A stretch of DNA of 64,000 nt. It comes from an uncultured bacterium (GTDB taxonomy: Bacteria; Krumholzibacteriota; Krumholzibacteriia; LZORAL124-64-63). The stretch is taken from the NCBI GenBank assembly GCA_937864225.1, contig CALMJK010000004.1, forward strand, positions 11,700-75,699, in the 5' to 3' direction. The notes under the pieces are model-generated. The model saw only the letters and a program-made list of their open reading frames with translations. It was not told the origin of the DNA and did no database searches. Below are positions 14,590 to 25,352 of this stretch, piece by piece. The translations under genes were made by a program, and so were the position numbers. Positions within the stretch are counted from its first letter, which is position 1. Every line of letters begins with the position of its first letter.

Positions 14590-14633
14590 GGGCGCTCGCG
14601 CGCCGAGGCTCCAAACCGTAAGGGAATGCGGTC

Positions 14634-15935
<1,302 letters not shown>

Positions 15936-15941
15936 CGAGCG

Positions 15942-16589
15942 ATGAACGTGATCCTCATGGGTCCGCCCGGTAGCGGCAAGGGAACACAGGCGGCGGTTCT
16001 GGCCTGGTTCCAGGACCTGAGACACGTCTCGACCGGAGACATGTTGCGGGCGGCGGTCGCGAGCGGTTCCGCGCTTGGCAAGCGGGTCGAGGGGATCATG
16101 GCGGCCGGGGAATTGGTGCCCGACGACGTGATGATGGAGATCGTGAAGGAGCGCCTGGAGGAGCTGGGCGAGGGGTGGGTCCTGGACGGTTTCCCCCGGA
16201 CCGCCGAGCAGGTCGCTGGGTTGGTGGAATTGCTGGACGGTTTGGGGCAGGAAGTCGGACTCGTCGTTGATCTGCAGGTCCCGGACGAGGAAATCGTCCG
16301 TCGACTGGCCGGGCGAGTGACGTGTGGCGACTGCGGGCACACCACGTCCCGGGATGCTCTCGACCCCGACGGCGGGTGCCCGGATTGCGGCGGTCGGACC
16401 CTCCACGTGAGGGTCGATGATGCCGAGGAGACGGTGCGCAGACGGCTGGACGTGTACCGCGCGACAACCGGCCCGGTCGCGGAGGCTCTTGGGCGGCGGT
16501 ACCCGCTGCGGCGGGTGGAAGGCGTCGGCGCGCCCGACGCGGTCGCGCAGAGGATAGCGAGTGCCCTGGAAGCAGCGGATCAGGCTTAA
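15942..16589 (+). CDS. adk: adenylate kinase with Zn-binding LID
   Basis: GPPGSGKGTQ, STGDMLR, LDGFPRT and CGDC..CPDC motifs. Confidence 0.96.
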   Translation: MNVILMGPPGSGKGTQAAVLAWFQDLRHVSTGDMLRAAVASGSALGKRVEGIMAAGELVPDDVMMEIVKERLEELGEGWVLDGFPRTAEQVAGLVELLDGLGQEVGLVVDLQVPDEEIVRRLAGRVTCGDCGHTTSRDALDPDGGCPDCGGRTLHVRVDDAEETVRRRLDVYRATTGPVAEALGRRYPLRRVEGVGAPDAVAQRIASALEAADQA

Positions 16590-17325
16590 GTCGGCCGCCG
16601 AGCTGGACAAGATGGCGGCCAGCGGTCGCGCCCTGGCGGAGGTTTTTCGGGCCGTTCCGGCCCTGGTCCGAGCCGGCGCGACGACGCGCGACCTGGACGC
16701 GGCAATCGAACGGATGATAAGGGATGCCGGCTGCATGCCCTCTTTCAAGGGGTACAACGGTTTTCCGGCAGCCAGCTGCATCTCGATCAACGAGGAAGTC
16801 GTGCACGGGATACCGTCCGACCGGCAATTGTGTGATGGCGATATCGTCGGCGTGGACGTGGGTCTGATCAAGGATGGCTACCACTCCGACTCGGCGGAAA
16901 CCTTCCCGGTGGGGGAGATCGACGAAGAGGCCGAGCGGTTGCTGCAGGTGACGCGGGAGTGTCTCGAGCGAGCGATCGCCCAGGTCAGGTCGGGCAACCG
17001 CATTTCGGACATAGGCGTGGCGGTCGAGACGCACGCCCGGGCGCAGGGGTTCTCGGTCGTCGAGACGCTGGTGGGTCATGGAATCGGCCGCGAAATGCAC
17101 GAGGACCCGCAGGTGCCGAACTATCGGAGCTATTCGACGCCCGATCCCGTGATGGAGCCCGGCCTGGTCATCGCGATCGAGCCGATGATCAACGCCGGCG
17201 TCAAGCGGGTGGTGACCGCCGAAGACCAGTGGACGGTGCGGACCGCGGACGGCCGCCTGTCGGCGCACTTCGAGCACACGGTGGCGGTGACCGCCGACGG
17301 CCCTTGGGTGTTGACCCGGCGCTGA
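16561..17325 (+). CDS. map: type I methionine aminopeptidase
   Basis: SINEEVVHGIP, GHGIG..MHEDP, AIEPMI and SAHFEHTV motifs. Confidence 0.97.
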   Translation: MPWKQRIRLKSAAELDKMAASGRALAEVFRAVPALVRAGATTRDLDAAIERMIRDAGCMPSFKGYNGFPAASCISINEEVVHGIPSDRQLCDGDIVGVDVGLIKDGYHSDSAETFPVGEIDEEAERLLQVTRECLERAIAQVRSGNRISDIGVAVETHARAQGFSVVETLVGHGIGREMHEDPQVPNYRSYSTPDPVMEPGLVIAIEPMINAGVKRVVTAEDQWTVRTADGRLSAHFEHTVAVTADGPWVLTRR

Positions 17326-17357
17326 CCCGCGAGATCGCGGCAGGAGGATGACCGAAC

Positions 17358-17579
17358 ATGGCCAAGGAAGAGGGCATCAGCGTAGAGGGCACGGTCGTCG
17401 AGGCGCTGCCCAATGCCATGTTCCGGGTGGAGCTTGATAACAACAAGCACGTCGTGCTGGCCCACGTGTCGGGGAAGATGCGCATGCACTTCATTCGCAT
17501 CTTGCCGGGGGACAAAGTGACCGTGGAACTCTCGCCCTACGACCTGACGAGGGGCCGCATCACGTATCGCTACAAGTAG
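17358..17579 (+). CDS. infA: translation initiation factor IF-1
   Basis: [15 protein letters not shown] and ELSPYDL motifs. Confidence 0.99.
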   Translation: MAKEEGISVEGTVVEALPNAMFRVELDNNKHVVLAHVSGKMRMHFIRILPGDKVTVELSPYDLTRGRITYRYK

Positions 17580-17609
17580 ACGCGCCGCCGGCGGGGCAAA
17601 GGAGCAGTC

Positions 17610-17723
17610 ATGAAGGTTCGCGCATCGGTCCGCAAGATATGCCCGAAATGCAAGGTCATCCGGCGCAAGGGCGTCGTGCGGGTCATTTGCATCAACCGGC
17701 GTCACAACCAGCGCCAGGGCTGA
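17610..17723 (+). CDS. rpmJ: 50S ribosomal protein L36 (not in ORF track)
   Basis: Translated by hand as [45 protein letters not shown]. Confidence 0.98.
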   Translation: MKVRASVRKICPKCKVIRRKGVVRVICINRRHNQRQG

Positions 17724-17787
17724 TGTTTCCGACGTCCGCCGCGCCCAGGGGGCGCGCGGGGCGTGAGTGGGAGCGAAAGGAGCCGAA

Positions 17788-18156
17788 GTGGCCAGAATCG
17801 CGGGTGTCGATATTCCCAATGAGAAGCGGGTCGCGACGTCCCTGACGTACATCTTCGGGATCGGGGCGCATCGGGCGATGCAGATCTGCCAAAAAGCGGG
17901 AATCAATCCCGAGACCAAGACGCGGGACCTGACGGAAGAGGAATCCCGCAAGATCATCGGGATCATTGACAAGGAACACCAGGTCGAGGGCACGCTGCGC
18001 ACCGAGACGGCGATGAACGTGCAGCGGCTGATGGACATCGGTTGCTATCGCGGCCTGCGCCATCGCCGCAAACTGCCGTGCCACGGCCAGAACACCAAGA
18101 ACAATGCCCGCACCCGCAAGGGTCCGCGGATCCGCCCGGGCAGCAAGAAGAAGTAG
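17788..18156 (+). CDS. rpsM: 30S ribosomal protein S13
   Basis: [19 protein letters not shown] and NARTRKGP motifs; GTG 17788. Confidence 0.98.
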   Translation: MARIAGVDIPNEKRVATSLTYIFGIGAHRAMQICQKAGINPETKTRDLTEEESRKIIGIIDKEHQVEGTLRTETAMNVQRLMDIGCYRGLRHRRKLPCHGQNTKNNARTRKGPRIRPGSKKK

Positions 18157-18173
18157 GCGCAGGAGGTTCTCCA

Positions 18174-18575
18174 GTGGCAGCTCCCAAGGACAAGAAGGCC
18201 AAGGGGCGCAAAACGCGTAAGAAGCTGGACGCCGTGGGTGTCGCCCACGTGAAGTCCAGTTTCAACAACACGCTCATCTCGATCAGCGACATGAGCGGAA
18301 ACATTATCACTTGGTCCTCGGGCGGACACCAGGGACGCTTCAAGGGCAGCCGGAAATCGACGGCGTTCGCCGCGCAGCTGGCCGCCAAGTTCTGCGCCCA
18401 GGAAGTCTTGAACCAGGGCATGAAGAGGGTCGAGGTCTGGGTGAAGGGGCCCGGTTCGGGCCGCGAGGCCGCCATACGCAGCCTCAAGGCCGAAGGGCTC
18501 GAGATCAGCCGCGTCAAGGACGTGACGGCCGTGCCGCACAACGGCTGCCGCCCGAAGAAGCGCCGCCGGCTCTAG
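18174..18575 (+). CDS. rpsK: 30S ribosomal protein S11
   Basis: [13 protein letters not shown] and PHNGCRP motifs; GTG 18174 after AGGAGG. Confidence 0.98.
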   Translation: MAAPKDKKAKGRKTRKKLDAVGVAHVKSSFNNTLISISDMSGNIITWSSGGHQGRFKGSRKSTAFAAQLAAKFCAQEVLNQGMKRVEVWVKGPGSGREAAIRSLKAEGLEISRVKDVTAVPHNGCRPKKRRRL

Positions 18576-18644
18576 GGAACCGGTCGGCTGCAACTGTGCG
18601 CCGCGGCTCGCAGGGGCCGGCGCGTTCCAGGAGGTTTTCAGCGA

Positions 18645-19277
18645 ATGGCCAGGTACACAGAGGCCAAGTGCAAGCTCTGCCGTCGCGAGGGGATGAAGCT
18701 CTACCTCAAGGGCGAGCGCTGCCACACGGATCGGTGCGCCGTGGAGCGCAGGCCGTACGGGCCCGGCCTGCACGGCCGGCGCCGTGGGCGTAAACCCTCG
18801 GACTACAAGCTTCAGCTCAGGGAGAAGCAGAAGGTCCGTTCGATTTACGGCATCCTGGAACGGCAGTTCCGCAACTACTTCGCGGAGGCGGAGCGACGCA
18901 CAGGAGTCACGGGAGCGAATCTGTTCACGCTGCTCGAGAAGCGGCTGGACAGCGTCGTGTACCGCATGGGTTTCGCGCCCTCTCGCGCCGCGGCGCGACA
19001 GCTCGTCCGGCACAAGCACGTGCTCGTGAACGGGGACGTGACCGACATCCCCAGCTTCGAGGTGCGCGTCGGCAACATGATTGCGATTCGCGAGAAGAGT
19101 CGCAACATCCCGATGGTCGTGGCGGCGCTCAAGGACTGCGCCAAGCGGGAGCGCCTGCCCTTCGTCGAGGTCGACGACCGCAAGATGGAAGGTCGGCTGG
19201 TGCAAGAGCCCCAGATGGGCGATCTGCCGATTCCCATCCAGGAAAACCTGATCGTCGAGCTTTACTCGAAGGTCTGA
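18645..19277 (+). CDS. rpsD: 30S ribosomal protein S4 (Cys-containing N-terminus)
   Basis: CKLCRREG, QLREKQK and LEKRLDSVVYRMGFA motifs. Confidence 0.99.
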   Translation: MARYTEAKCKLCRREGMKLYLKGERCHTDRCAVERRPYGPGLHGRRRGRKPSDYKLQLREKQKVRSIYGILERQFRNYFAEAERRTGVTGANLFTLLEKRLDSVVYRMGFAPSRAAARQLVRHKHVLVNGDVTDIPSFEVRVGNMIAIREKSRNIPMVVAALKDCAKRERLPFVEVDDRKMEGRLVQEPQMGDLPIPIQENLIVELYSKV

Positions 19278-19314
19278 GTCGGCGGCGCCGAGCCGGGAAG
19301 GGGATGCCGGGACT

Positions 19315-20313
19315 ATGAAGTGGGTCAACATGATGATGCCCGAGGGCATCAAGACGAACCGCGAGGCTCAGACTGGCGCGTTCGCGGAGATCACCATCGC
19401 GCCGCTCGAGCGGGGCTTCGGCCATACGCTGGGCAGCTCCCTGCGCAGGGCGCTGCTCTCCTCGATCCACGGGCACGCCGTGACGGCCGTGCAGATCGAA
19501 GGGGTCAAACACGAACTGAGCACGCTGCCGAACGTTCTCGAGGACGTCACGGACATCGTGCTCAATTGCAAGCAGATCGTCTTCGCCCTGGCCGACGTGC
19601 CGTCGGGCTGGGCCGTTCTGGAGGCCTCGGCGCCGGGCCGCGTCACGGCCGGCATGCTCAAGGGACACCCGGAGCTCAAGGTCTGCAATCCGGGTCACTT
19701 GATCTGCACGATCACCGAGCCCGGTCCCTTCCGCATGAAGCTTTACGTGGACACCGGCCGCGGCTACGTCGAACGGGAGTCGCACCAGATCCCCGACGAG
19801 ACGATCGGGGTCATCCGTCTCGACGCCAACTTCTCGCCGATCCGCAAGGTGAGCTATCGCGTGGAGGACACGCGCGTGGGCCAGCGCACCGACTACGACA
19901 AGCTGGTGCTCGGCATCACGACGGACGGCAGCGTCCGGCCGGAGGACGCGGTCGGTTTCGCCGCCAAGATCATGAAGGACCATTTCCAGCTGTTCATCAA
20001 CTTCGACGAAGCGCCGATCGACGCCCTCGAGACGGTGGTCGACGAGGACGTGCAGCGGCAGGTCGATCTGCTGACGAGGAGCGTGGAGGAGCTGGAGCTG
20101 TCGGTGCGCTCGGCCAACTGCTTGAAGGCCGGCAAGATTCACACGTTGTTCGATCTCGTGACCAAGAGCGAGCAGGAAATGCTCAAGTTCCGGAATTTCG
20201 GCCGCAAGAGCCTCAACGAGATCCAGGAGATCCTCGAGGGGATGGAACTGGGCTTCGGCATGGCCTTCCCACCCGAAGTGATGGAGAAGGTCGCGGCCAG
20301 GATGGGAAGCTGA
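19315..20313 (+). CDS. rpoA: RNA polymerase alpha subunit
   Basis: PLERGFGHTLG, TRVGQRTDYDKL, LELSVRSANCL and NFGRKSL motifs. Confidence 0.99.
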   Translation: MKWVNMMMPEGIKTNREAQTGAFAEITIAPLERGFGHTLGSSLRRALLSSIHGHAVTAVQIEGVKHELSTLPNVLEDVTDIVLNCKQIVFALADVPSGWAVLEASAPGRVTAGMLKGHPELKVCNPGHLICTITEPGPFRMKLYVDTGRGYVERESHQIPDETIGVIRLDANFSPIRKVSYRVEDTRVGQRTDYDKLVLGITTDGSVRPEDAVGFAAKIMKDHFQLFINFDEAPIDALETVVDEDVQRQVDLLTRSVEELELSVRSANCLKAGKIHTLFDLVTKSEQEMLKFRNFGRKSLNEIQEILEGMELGFGMAFPPEVMEKVAARMGS

Positions 20314-20380
20314 ACCGGCGGCCGAGCCGCCCCAGCCCGGCGCCGACGGGTCGGACCCGCCGACGCGGAGGATCGCAGTC

Positions 20381-20908
20381 ATGCGCCACAAGGTCAGCGG
20401 ACGCAAATTCAACCGCACCGCGGCTCACCGCGGCATGATGTTCCGGAATCTCGTGACCGAGCTGTTCCGGCACGAGCGGATCCAGACGACCACGCCGAAG
20501 GCCAAGGAGGCGCGGTCGCTGGCCGAACGCCTGATCACCTACGCCAAGGCGGGTGACCTCAATTCGCGCCGGCTTGCGGCCCGCAAGCTGACCGATCCCG
20601 AGGTGCTCCAGAAGCTGTTCGGCGAGATCGGCCCGCGCTACGTCGGCCGTCCGGGCGGCTACACCCGCATCCTTAAGCTCGACGGCGTGCGCAAGGGCGA
20701 CGCCGCCGATATGGCGATTCTCGAACTGGTCGACAGCAAGGCCAAGCCCAAGGTGCGCGACACGGCGGAGCGCAAGCAGCGCCGCCGCGAGCTCAAGGCG
20801 GAGGAGCGTCGCGAGGCGTTGGCCGCGGCCGACCAGGCCAAGGCCGAAGAGCGGGAGCGGAAGGAGTCCTCCAAGCAGGACTCCGATGCTGACGACGAAA
20901 AGAAATAG
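20381..20908 (+). CDS. rplQ: 50S ribosomal protein L17 with charged C-terminal extension
   Basis: MRH, HERIQTT..KAKE and RPGGYTRILK motifs. Confidence 0.98.
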   Translation: MRHKVSGRKFNRTAAHRGMMFRNLVTELFRHERIQTTTPKAKEARSLAERLITYAKAGDLNSRRLAARKLTDPEVLQKLFGEIGPRYVGRPGGYTRILKLDGVRKGDAADMAILELVDSKAKPKVRDTAERKQRRRELKAEERREALAAADQAKAEERERKESSKQDSDADDEKK

Positions 20909-20936
20909 CCCCGCCGGCAGGCGGGCGCGACACCCC

Positions 20937-20969
20937 GGGTCCCCGGTCAGAGCGCCGGGGACCCTTTGT
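20937..20969 (+). terminator. probable intrinsic terminator ending the alpha operon
   Basis: Perfect 10-bp stem GGGTCCCCGG/CCGGGGACCC, 8-nt loop, short TTTGT tail. Confidence 0.65.
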
Positions 20970-21013
20970 CTGCCCGGCCGCGCGCGGACGCGCCGCGATG
21001 GTGAGTTCCGGGG

Positions 21014-21042
21014 TTGAATGAGCACGTCCCGTCCTCTAAGTT
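21014..21042 (+). promoter_or_regulatory. possible sigma70 promoter for fabH
   Basis: TTGAAT-N17-TAAGTT upstream of ATG 21099. Confidence 0.45.
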
Positions 21043-21098
21043 TCTGGCGTTCGCGCCTGGGTGGGCCGTCCGAGTCCCATTTGGCTAAAGGAACGCAC

Positions 21099-22106
21099 AT
21101 GTCTTCTCGCACGTTGCTAACCGCAGGCATCACCGGCGTCGGCATGGATTTCCCGGAGCGCCGCCTGACCAACGCCGATCTCGAGAAAATGGTCGAGACG
21201 GATGACGACTGGATTCTCGAGCGCACCGGGATTCGGGAGCGGCGGCTCGTGGAGCCGGGCGTGCCGGCCTCGCACCACGGGGCGGCGGCGGCGCGCAAGG
21301 CCATGGCGCACGCGCAGGTGCAACCGGCCGACGTCGATCTGATCGTCGTGCCGACCGTGACGCCGGACATGATGTTCCCGGCGACCGCCTGCGTTATCCA
21401 GGACCTCCTCGGCTGCAAGCGCGCCTGGGGCTTCGACGTCAGCGCGGCCTGCAGCGGTTTCATCTTCGCGCTGCAGGCCGCGCGCGCCCAGGTGGAGACC
21501 GGCGCCTGCCGGTGCGCCCTCGTCATCGGCACCGAAGTGATGTCGTCGATCATCGATTACACGGATCGCAATGTCTGTGTGCTGTTCGGCGACGGCGCGG
21601 GAGCCGTGGTCGTGCAGCCCGTTTCGGCGGACCGGGGCGGAATCGTGGACTACCGGGGGTATGTGGATGGCGCGGGAGGCCGTTTCCTCAACATGCTCGC
21701 CGGCGGCAGTCTGCACCCCGCCTCGCACGAAACGGTGGACAAGAAGATGCACTATGTTCACCAGGAAGGGCGCGAGGTCTTCAAATTCGCCGTCAAGGGC
21801 ATGGCCGCGATCACGACGGAGGTGCTGGAGCGCAACGGGCTGGGCGCCGGCGATGTCTCGCTTTTCGTCCCACACCAGGCCAACATCCGCATCATCGAGT
21901 CGGTGCGTGAGCGGCTCGGCCTGCGCCCGGATCAAGTGGCAGTGACCATCGATCGCTTCGGCAACACGACGTCGGCGAGCATTCCCTCCGCGCTGCGCGT
22001 GGCTTTGGACGAAGGGCGGCTGAAACGAGGCGACGCCGTCGTTCTCTGCAGCTTCGGAGCCGGGTTCACATGGGGCGCAACGCTCTTGCGCTGGACCACG
22101 GACTAG
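21099..22106 (+). CDS. fabH: 3-oxoacyl-ACP synthase III
   Basis: AACSGF (Cys), PHQAN (His), GNTTSASIP (Asn) and FGAGFTWG motifs. Confidence 0.95.
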   Translation: MSSRTLLTAGITGVGMDFPERRLTNADLEKMVETDDDWILERTGIRERRLVEPGVPASHHGAAAARKAMAHAQVQPADVDLIVVPTVTPDMMFPATACVIQDLLGCKRAWGFDVSAACSGFIFALQAARAQVETGACRCALVIGTEVMSSIIDYTDRNVCVLFGDGAGAVVVQPVSADRGGIVDYRGYVDGAGGRFLNMLAGGSLHPASHETVDKKMHYVHQEGREVFKFAVKGMAAITTEVLERNGLGAGDVSLFVPHQANIRIIESVRERLGLRPDQVAVTIDRFGNTTSASIPSALRVALDEGRLKRGDAVVLCSFGAGFTWGATLLRWTTD

Positions 22107-22126
22107 CCCGGGGCCGAGGGGGGGGC

Positions 22127-23098
22127 ATGATCTCGGTTTCCGCTCTGAGTCGGCGCTTCGGCGATCTCACCGCCTTGCAGAACGTGTCGTTCAGCGTCGC
22201 AGCCGGCGAGATCGTGGGCTTCCTGGGGCCCAACGGCGCGGGCAAAACCACCGGTATGCGCATTCTGACGTGCACGTTGCCCCCCTCGGAAGGGTGCGCC
22301 GCGGTCGCCGGCCACGACGTCGTGGCGGAGCCGATGGCGGTGCGGCGACGCGTCGGGTTCATGCCCGAAAACGTGCCTCTCTACCCCGATTGCACGGTCG
22401 AAGAGCACTTGCGCCTGGTCGCGCGCCTCAAGGACGTTTCGGCGCGCTCCCTGACCGGCCAGCTGCAATCCGCTCTCTCACGCGCCGGACTGGCGGACGT
22501 GCGCCGGCGTCTGGTCGGCCATCTCTCGAAGGGCTATCGTCAGCGCGTGGGCCTGGCCCAGGCGCTGATCGGGGACCCGCCCGTCCTCATTCTTGACGAG
22601 CCCTCCGTGGGGCTCGACCCGCAGCAGATCGTCGAGATCCGCGAGTTGATCCGCTCCTTCGCCGGGGAGAAGACCGTGCTGTTGAGCAGCCACATCCTCA
22701 ACGAAGTGAGCCTGATCTGCGGTCGCGTGCTGATCCTGGATCGAGGCCGTCTCGTGGGCGAGGCGGATCCCCGCCGCTTGCAAGGCGCCCGCGAGGGGCG
22801 CACCCTGGTCACGCTCGCCTGGGACGGACCGAGGGCGCCGGTCCACGAGGCAATCGGCCGCGTGCCCGGCGTCGCGGAGGTCGCGACGACCCCGGACGGG
22901 GCCGAGGTCGCGTTGTCCGCAGATCCGTCCACCGTTCGCCCGGCGCTGGCCGCGGCGGTGATCGCCGCCGGAGGGCGCTTGCAGCGCCTCGAAGACCAGG
23001 CGGCCACGCTCGAGGACCTGTTCTTGAGATTGACCGGCGGGGCGGTCGCGCGCGCCCCGGCGCCGGCTGACGTCGGGGAGAGAGGCAAGACGTCGTGA
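22127..23098 (+). CDS. ABC transporter ATP-binding protein, GldA-like
   Basis: GPNGAGKTT, LSKGYRQRVG, DEPSVGLDP and SSHIL motifs. Confidence 0.9.
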   Translation: MISVSALSRRFGDLTALQNVSFSVAAGEIVGFLGPNGAGKTTGMRILTCTLPPSEGCAAVAGHDVVAEPMAVRRRVGFMPENVPLYPDCTVEEHLRLVARLKDVSARSLTGQLQSALSRAGLADVRRRLVGHLSKGYRQRVGLAQALIGDPPVLILDEPSVGLDPQQIVEIRELIRSFAGEKTVLLSSHILNEVSLICGRVLILDRGRLVGEADPRRLQGAREGRTLVTLAWDGPRAPVHEAIGRVPGVAEVATTPDGAEVALSADPSTVRPALAAAVIAAGGRLQRLEDQAATLEDLFLRLTGGAVARAPAPADVGERGKTS

Positions 23099-25344
23099 GG
23101 CGACTGTGCGCCATCGTCGGGCGCGAATGGAGCGCGTTCTTTCGGGGGGCCGCGGCCCCGGTGGTCGCGACCGGTTTTCTGCTGCTGAGCGGCCTCTTCT
23201 TCACATTTCTGGCCTACGGCTACAGCCAACTCTCGCTCGAGGCGCAGAAATCCGGACACCTGCAGGAAGCGGCTTTGAACCTGGCCGACAGCCTGTGGCA
23301 GCCGCTGGCGATGAACTGCGCGGGCATTCTGTTGCTGTTGCTCCCCGCGGTGACAATGCGGCTGCTGGCGGAGGAATACCGGTCCGGGCGGTACGACCTG
23401 ATCATGACCTGGCCGGTGCCGGAGTGGATGTGGGTCGCGGGCAAATTTCTCTTCGCCTTCACCGTCGGCGCGGCTTTTTTGGCCGCGGCCGGCGGCTTCC
23501 TGATCGCGGGCCTGATCTGGCTGGGAACGCCGGAGGCCGGGCCGCTGCTGGCCGCCTTGCTCGGTTTGCTGCTGGTCGCGGCCCTGATCGCCGCCTGGGG
23601 CGTGTTTTTCTCCACGCTGTTCGAGCATCAGATCGTGGCCTACATCCTGACCTTCGCCTTTCTTCTCCTCTTGTACGTGGCGGGCGGTTTGGAGCCGCAC
23701 GTGCCCGCGCCGCTGGGACGCATGCTGGTCGACCTGTCGCTGATCGAACACTTCCGCCGCTTCGCGCGGGGTCTCGTCGACAGCCGCGACGTCCTGTACT
23801 TCCTCGGCTGGATCGCGCTGGGTTTGGCCGCCGCCACGGCCTCCCTCAGCGGGCGCCGCTTGGCCGGTGCGCGGCGCGCGGGGCGCTGGGCGCCGGTCGC
23901 CGCGCTGGCGGCGCTGCTGGTCGTGGCGTCGCCCTTGGTCGCGCGTTTCCCGCTGACGGGAGACTGGACGCGCAACAGCCGCTACAGCCTTTCGCCGCAG
24001 ACGGCGGCGGTGCTGCGCGATCTGGCCGTGGACGTCAAGGCGACCGCGTTCTACCAACGGCTGGATCCGCGCCGCGGGGACATCACGAACCTGCTCGCCG
24101 CCTTCGCGGACCGCAGTCCGAGATTCCGTTGGGACATGGTCGATCCCGATCGCGAACTCGGACGGTTGCAGGCGTTCGGCGTCACGACCACCCGCACCGT
24201 CGTCGTGGAGGCGGAGGGTCGCCGGCGGAACCTGCCCGATCCGGACGAAGGCACGCTCATCAACACCGTGCACCGGCTCGTCACCGCCACACGCCCGGTC
24301 GTCTATTACATCGTGGGGCACGGTGAGCACCGGCTCGACAGCGAGGAGAGGGCCGGTTACAGCGCCCTCGCGGCCCTGCTGCAGGGGCAGGGCTATGAGG
24401 TGCGGACGCTGTTGCTGGTCGATGAGGCGCTCGTGCCGAGCGACGCGGACCTGGTGGTACTGTCGGCGCCCAAGACCGACCTGGCGCCCGTCGAGACGGC
24501 GGCGCTGGGACGCTATGTGCGCGACGGGGGCTCGGTGCTCGTGCTCGCGGATCCTGGCACGCCGCGGTCCGTCGCGACGTGGCTGGCCGAGTACAACGTC
24601 GGCCTGGGCGGCGACTACCTGGTCACCGCAGGCGGCGCGGGCGCTTCGCTCGGCTTCGATCCGCGCGTGGCGATCGTGGACGAGGGATACGACGGGGAGC
24701 ACCCGGCCACGCGGTCGATGCCCGGCCTGGCCACGTTCTTTCCCTTCGCCCAGTCCCTTGGCTTGTTGCGCGACCCGCCGCCGGGTTTCGACGCTCGCTT
24801 CATCCTGCGCACGGGGCCGCGCAGCTGGGCCGACCGCGACTCGACCACGATCGCCGCCGGCCGACCGCGCTACACCGAGGGCGTGGATCGCCCCGGCCCG
24901 CTGCCGCTGGGCGTCGCCATCGACATCGACCGGGCCCGATTCTTCGGCGTCGAGGGCATTTCCGCCGCACCCCTCGCGCCGACCGGCGAGCCGACCAAGA
25001 ATCCGTTCCGACGTCAACTCGAATGGCAACCGCCACCGCAGACGGCACCGTCCTCCGTGTTCGCCGCCAAGCCGCTGGCCAGGCTGGTCGTCATCGGCGA
25101 TTCCGACTTCGCCGCCAACGCGAATCTCGACCTCTACGGCAACCGGGACCTCGTCCTGGGCACGATCGCCTGGCTGGCGCGAGAGGCGGTCTTGGTGCAG
25201 CTGCGTCCGCGCGGGCGGATCGACCAGCCGCGGGTGCTCTCGCCGACCGAACGGGACCTGTTGGGCTGGTCCTGCATCTTGGGTTGGCCACTGCTGGTCG
25301 GCGGGACCTGCGCGGTCGTGGTCGCGCGTCGCCGTCGTGCCTAA
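23095..25344 (+). CDS. fused ABC-2 permease (GldF-like) and GldG/ABC_transp_aux domain protein
   Basis: N-terminal TMs with PAVTMRLLAEE; DWTRNSRYSLS, GHGE, VIGDSDF and NRDL motifs; C-terminal TM. Confidence 0.85.
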   Translation: MRRLCAIVGREWSAFFRGAAAPVVATGFLLLSGLFFTFLAYGYSQLSLEAQKSGHLQEAALNLADSLWQPLAMNCAGILLLLLPAVTMRLLAEEYRSGRYDLIMTWPVPEWMWVAGKFLFAFTVGAAFLAAAGGFLIAGLIWLGTPEAGPLLAALLGLLLVAALIAAWGVFFSTLFEHQIVAYILTFAFLLLLYVAGGLEPHVPAPLGRMLVDLSLIEHFRRFARGLVDSRDVLYFLGWIALGLAAATASLSGRRLAGARRAGRWAPVAALAALLVVASPLVARFPLTGDWTRNSRYSLSPQTAAVLRDLAVDVKATAFYQRLDPRRGDITNLLAAFADRSPRFRWDMVDPDRELGRLQAFGVTTTRTVVVEAEGRRRNLPDPDEGTLINTVHRLVTATRPVVYYIVGHGEHRLDSEERAGYSALAALLQGQGYEVRTLLLVDEALVPSDADLVVLSAPKTDLAPVETAALGRYVRDGGSVLVLADPGTPRSVATWLAEYNVGLGGDYLVTAGGAGASLGFDPRVAIVDEGYDGEHPATRSMPGLATFFPFAQSLGLLRDPPPGFDARFILRTGPRSWADRDSTTIAAGRPRYTEGVDRPGPLPLGVAIDIDRARFFGVEGISAAPLAPTGEPTKNPFRRQLEWQPPPQTAPSSVFAAKPLARLVVIGDSDFAANANLDLYGNRDLVLGTIAWLAREAVLVQLRPRGRIDQPRVLSPTERDLLGWSCILGWPLLVGGTCAVVVARRRRA

Positions 25345-25352
25345 GGAGGATC

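Noticed and set aside
22540..25029. 829-aa minus-strand ORF
   Set aside because: Antisense shadow of the Gld-type ABC genes.
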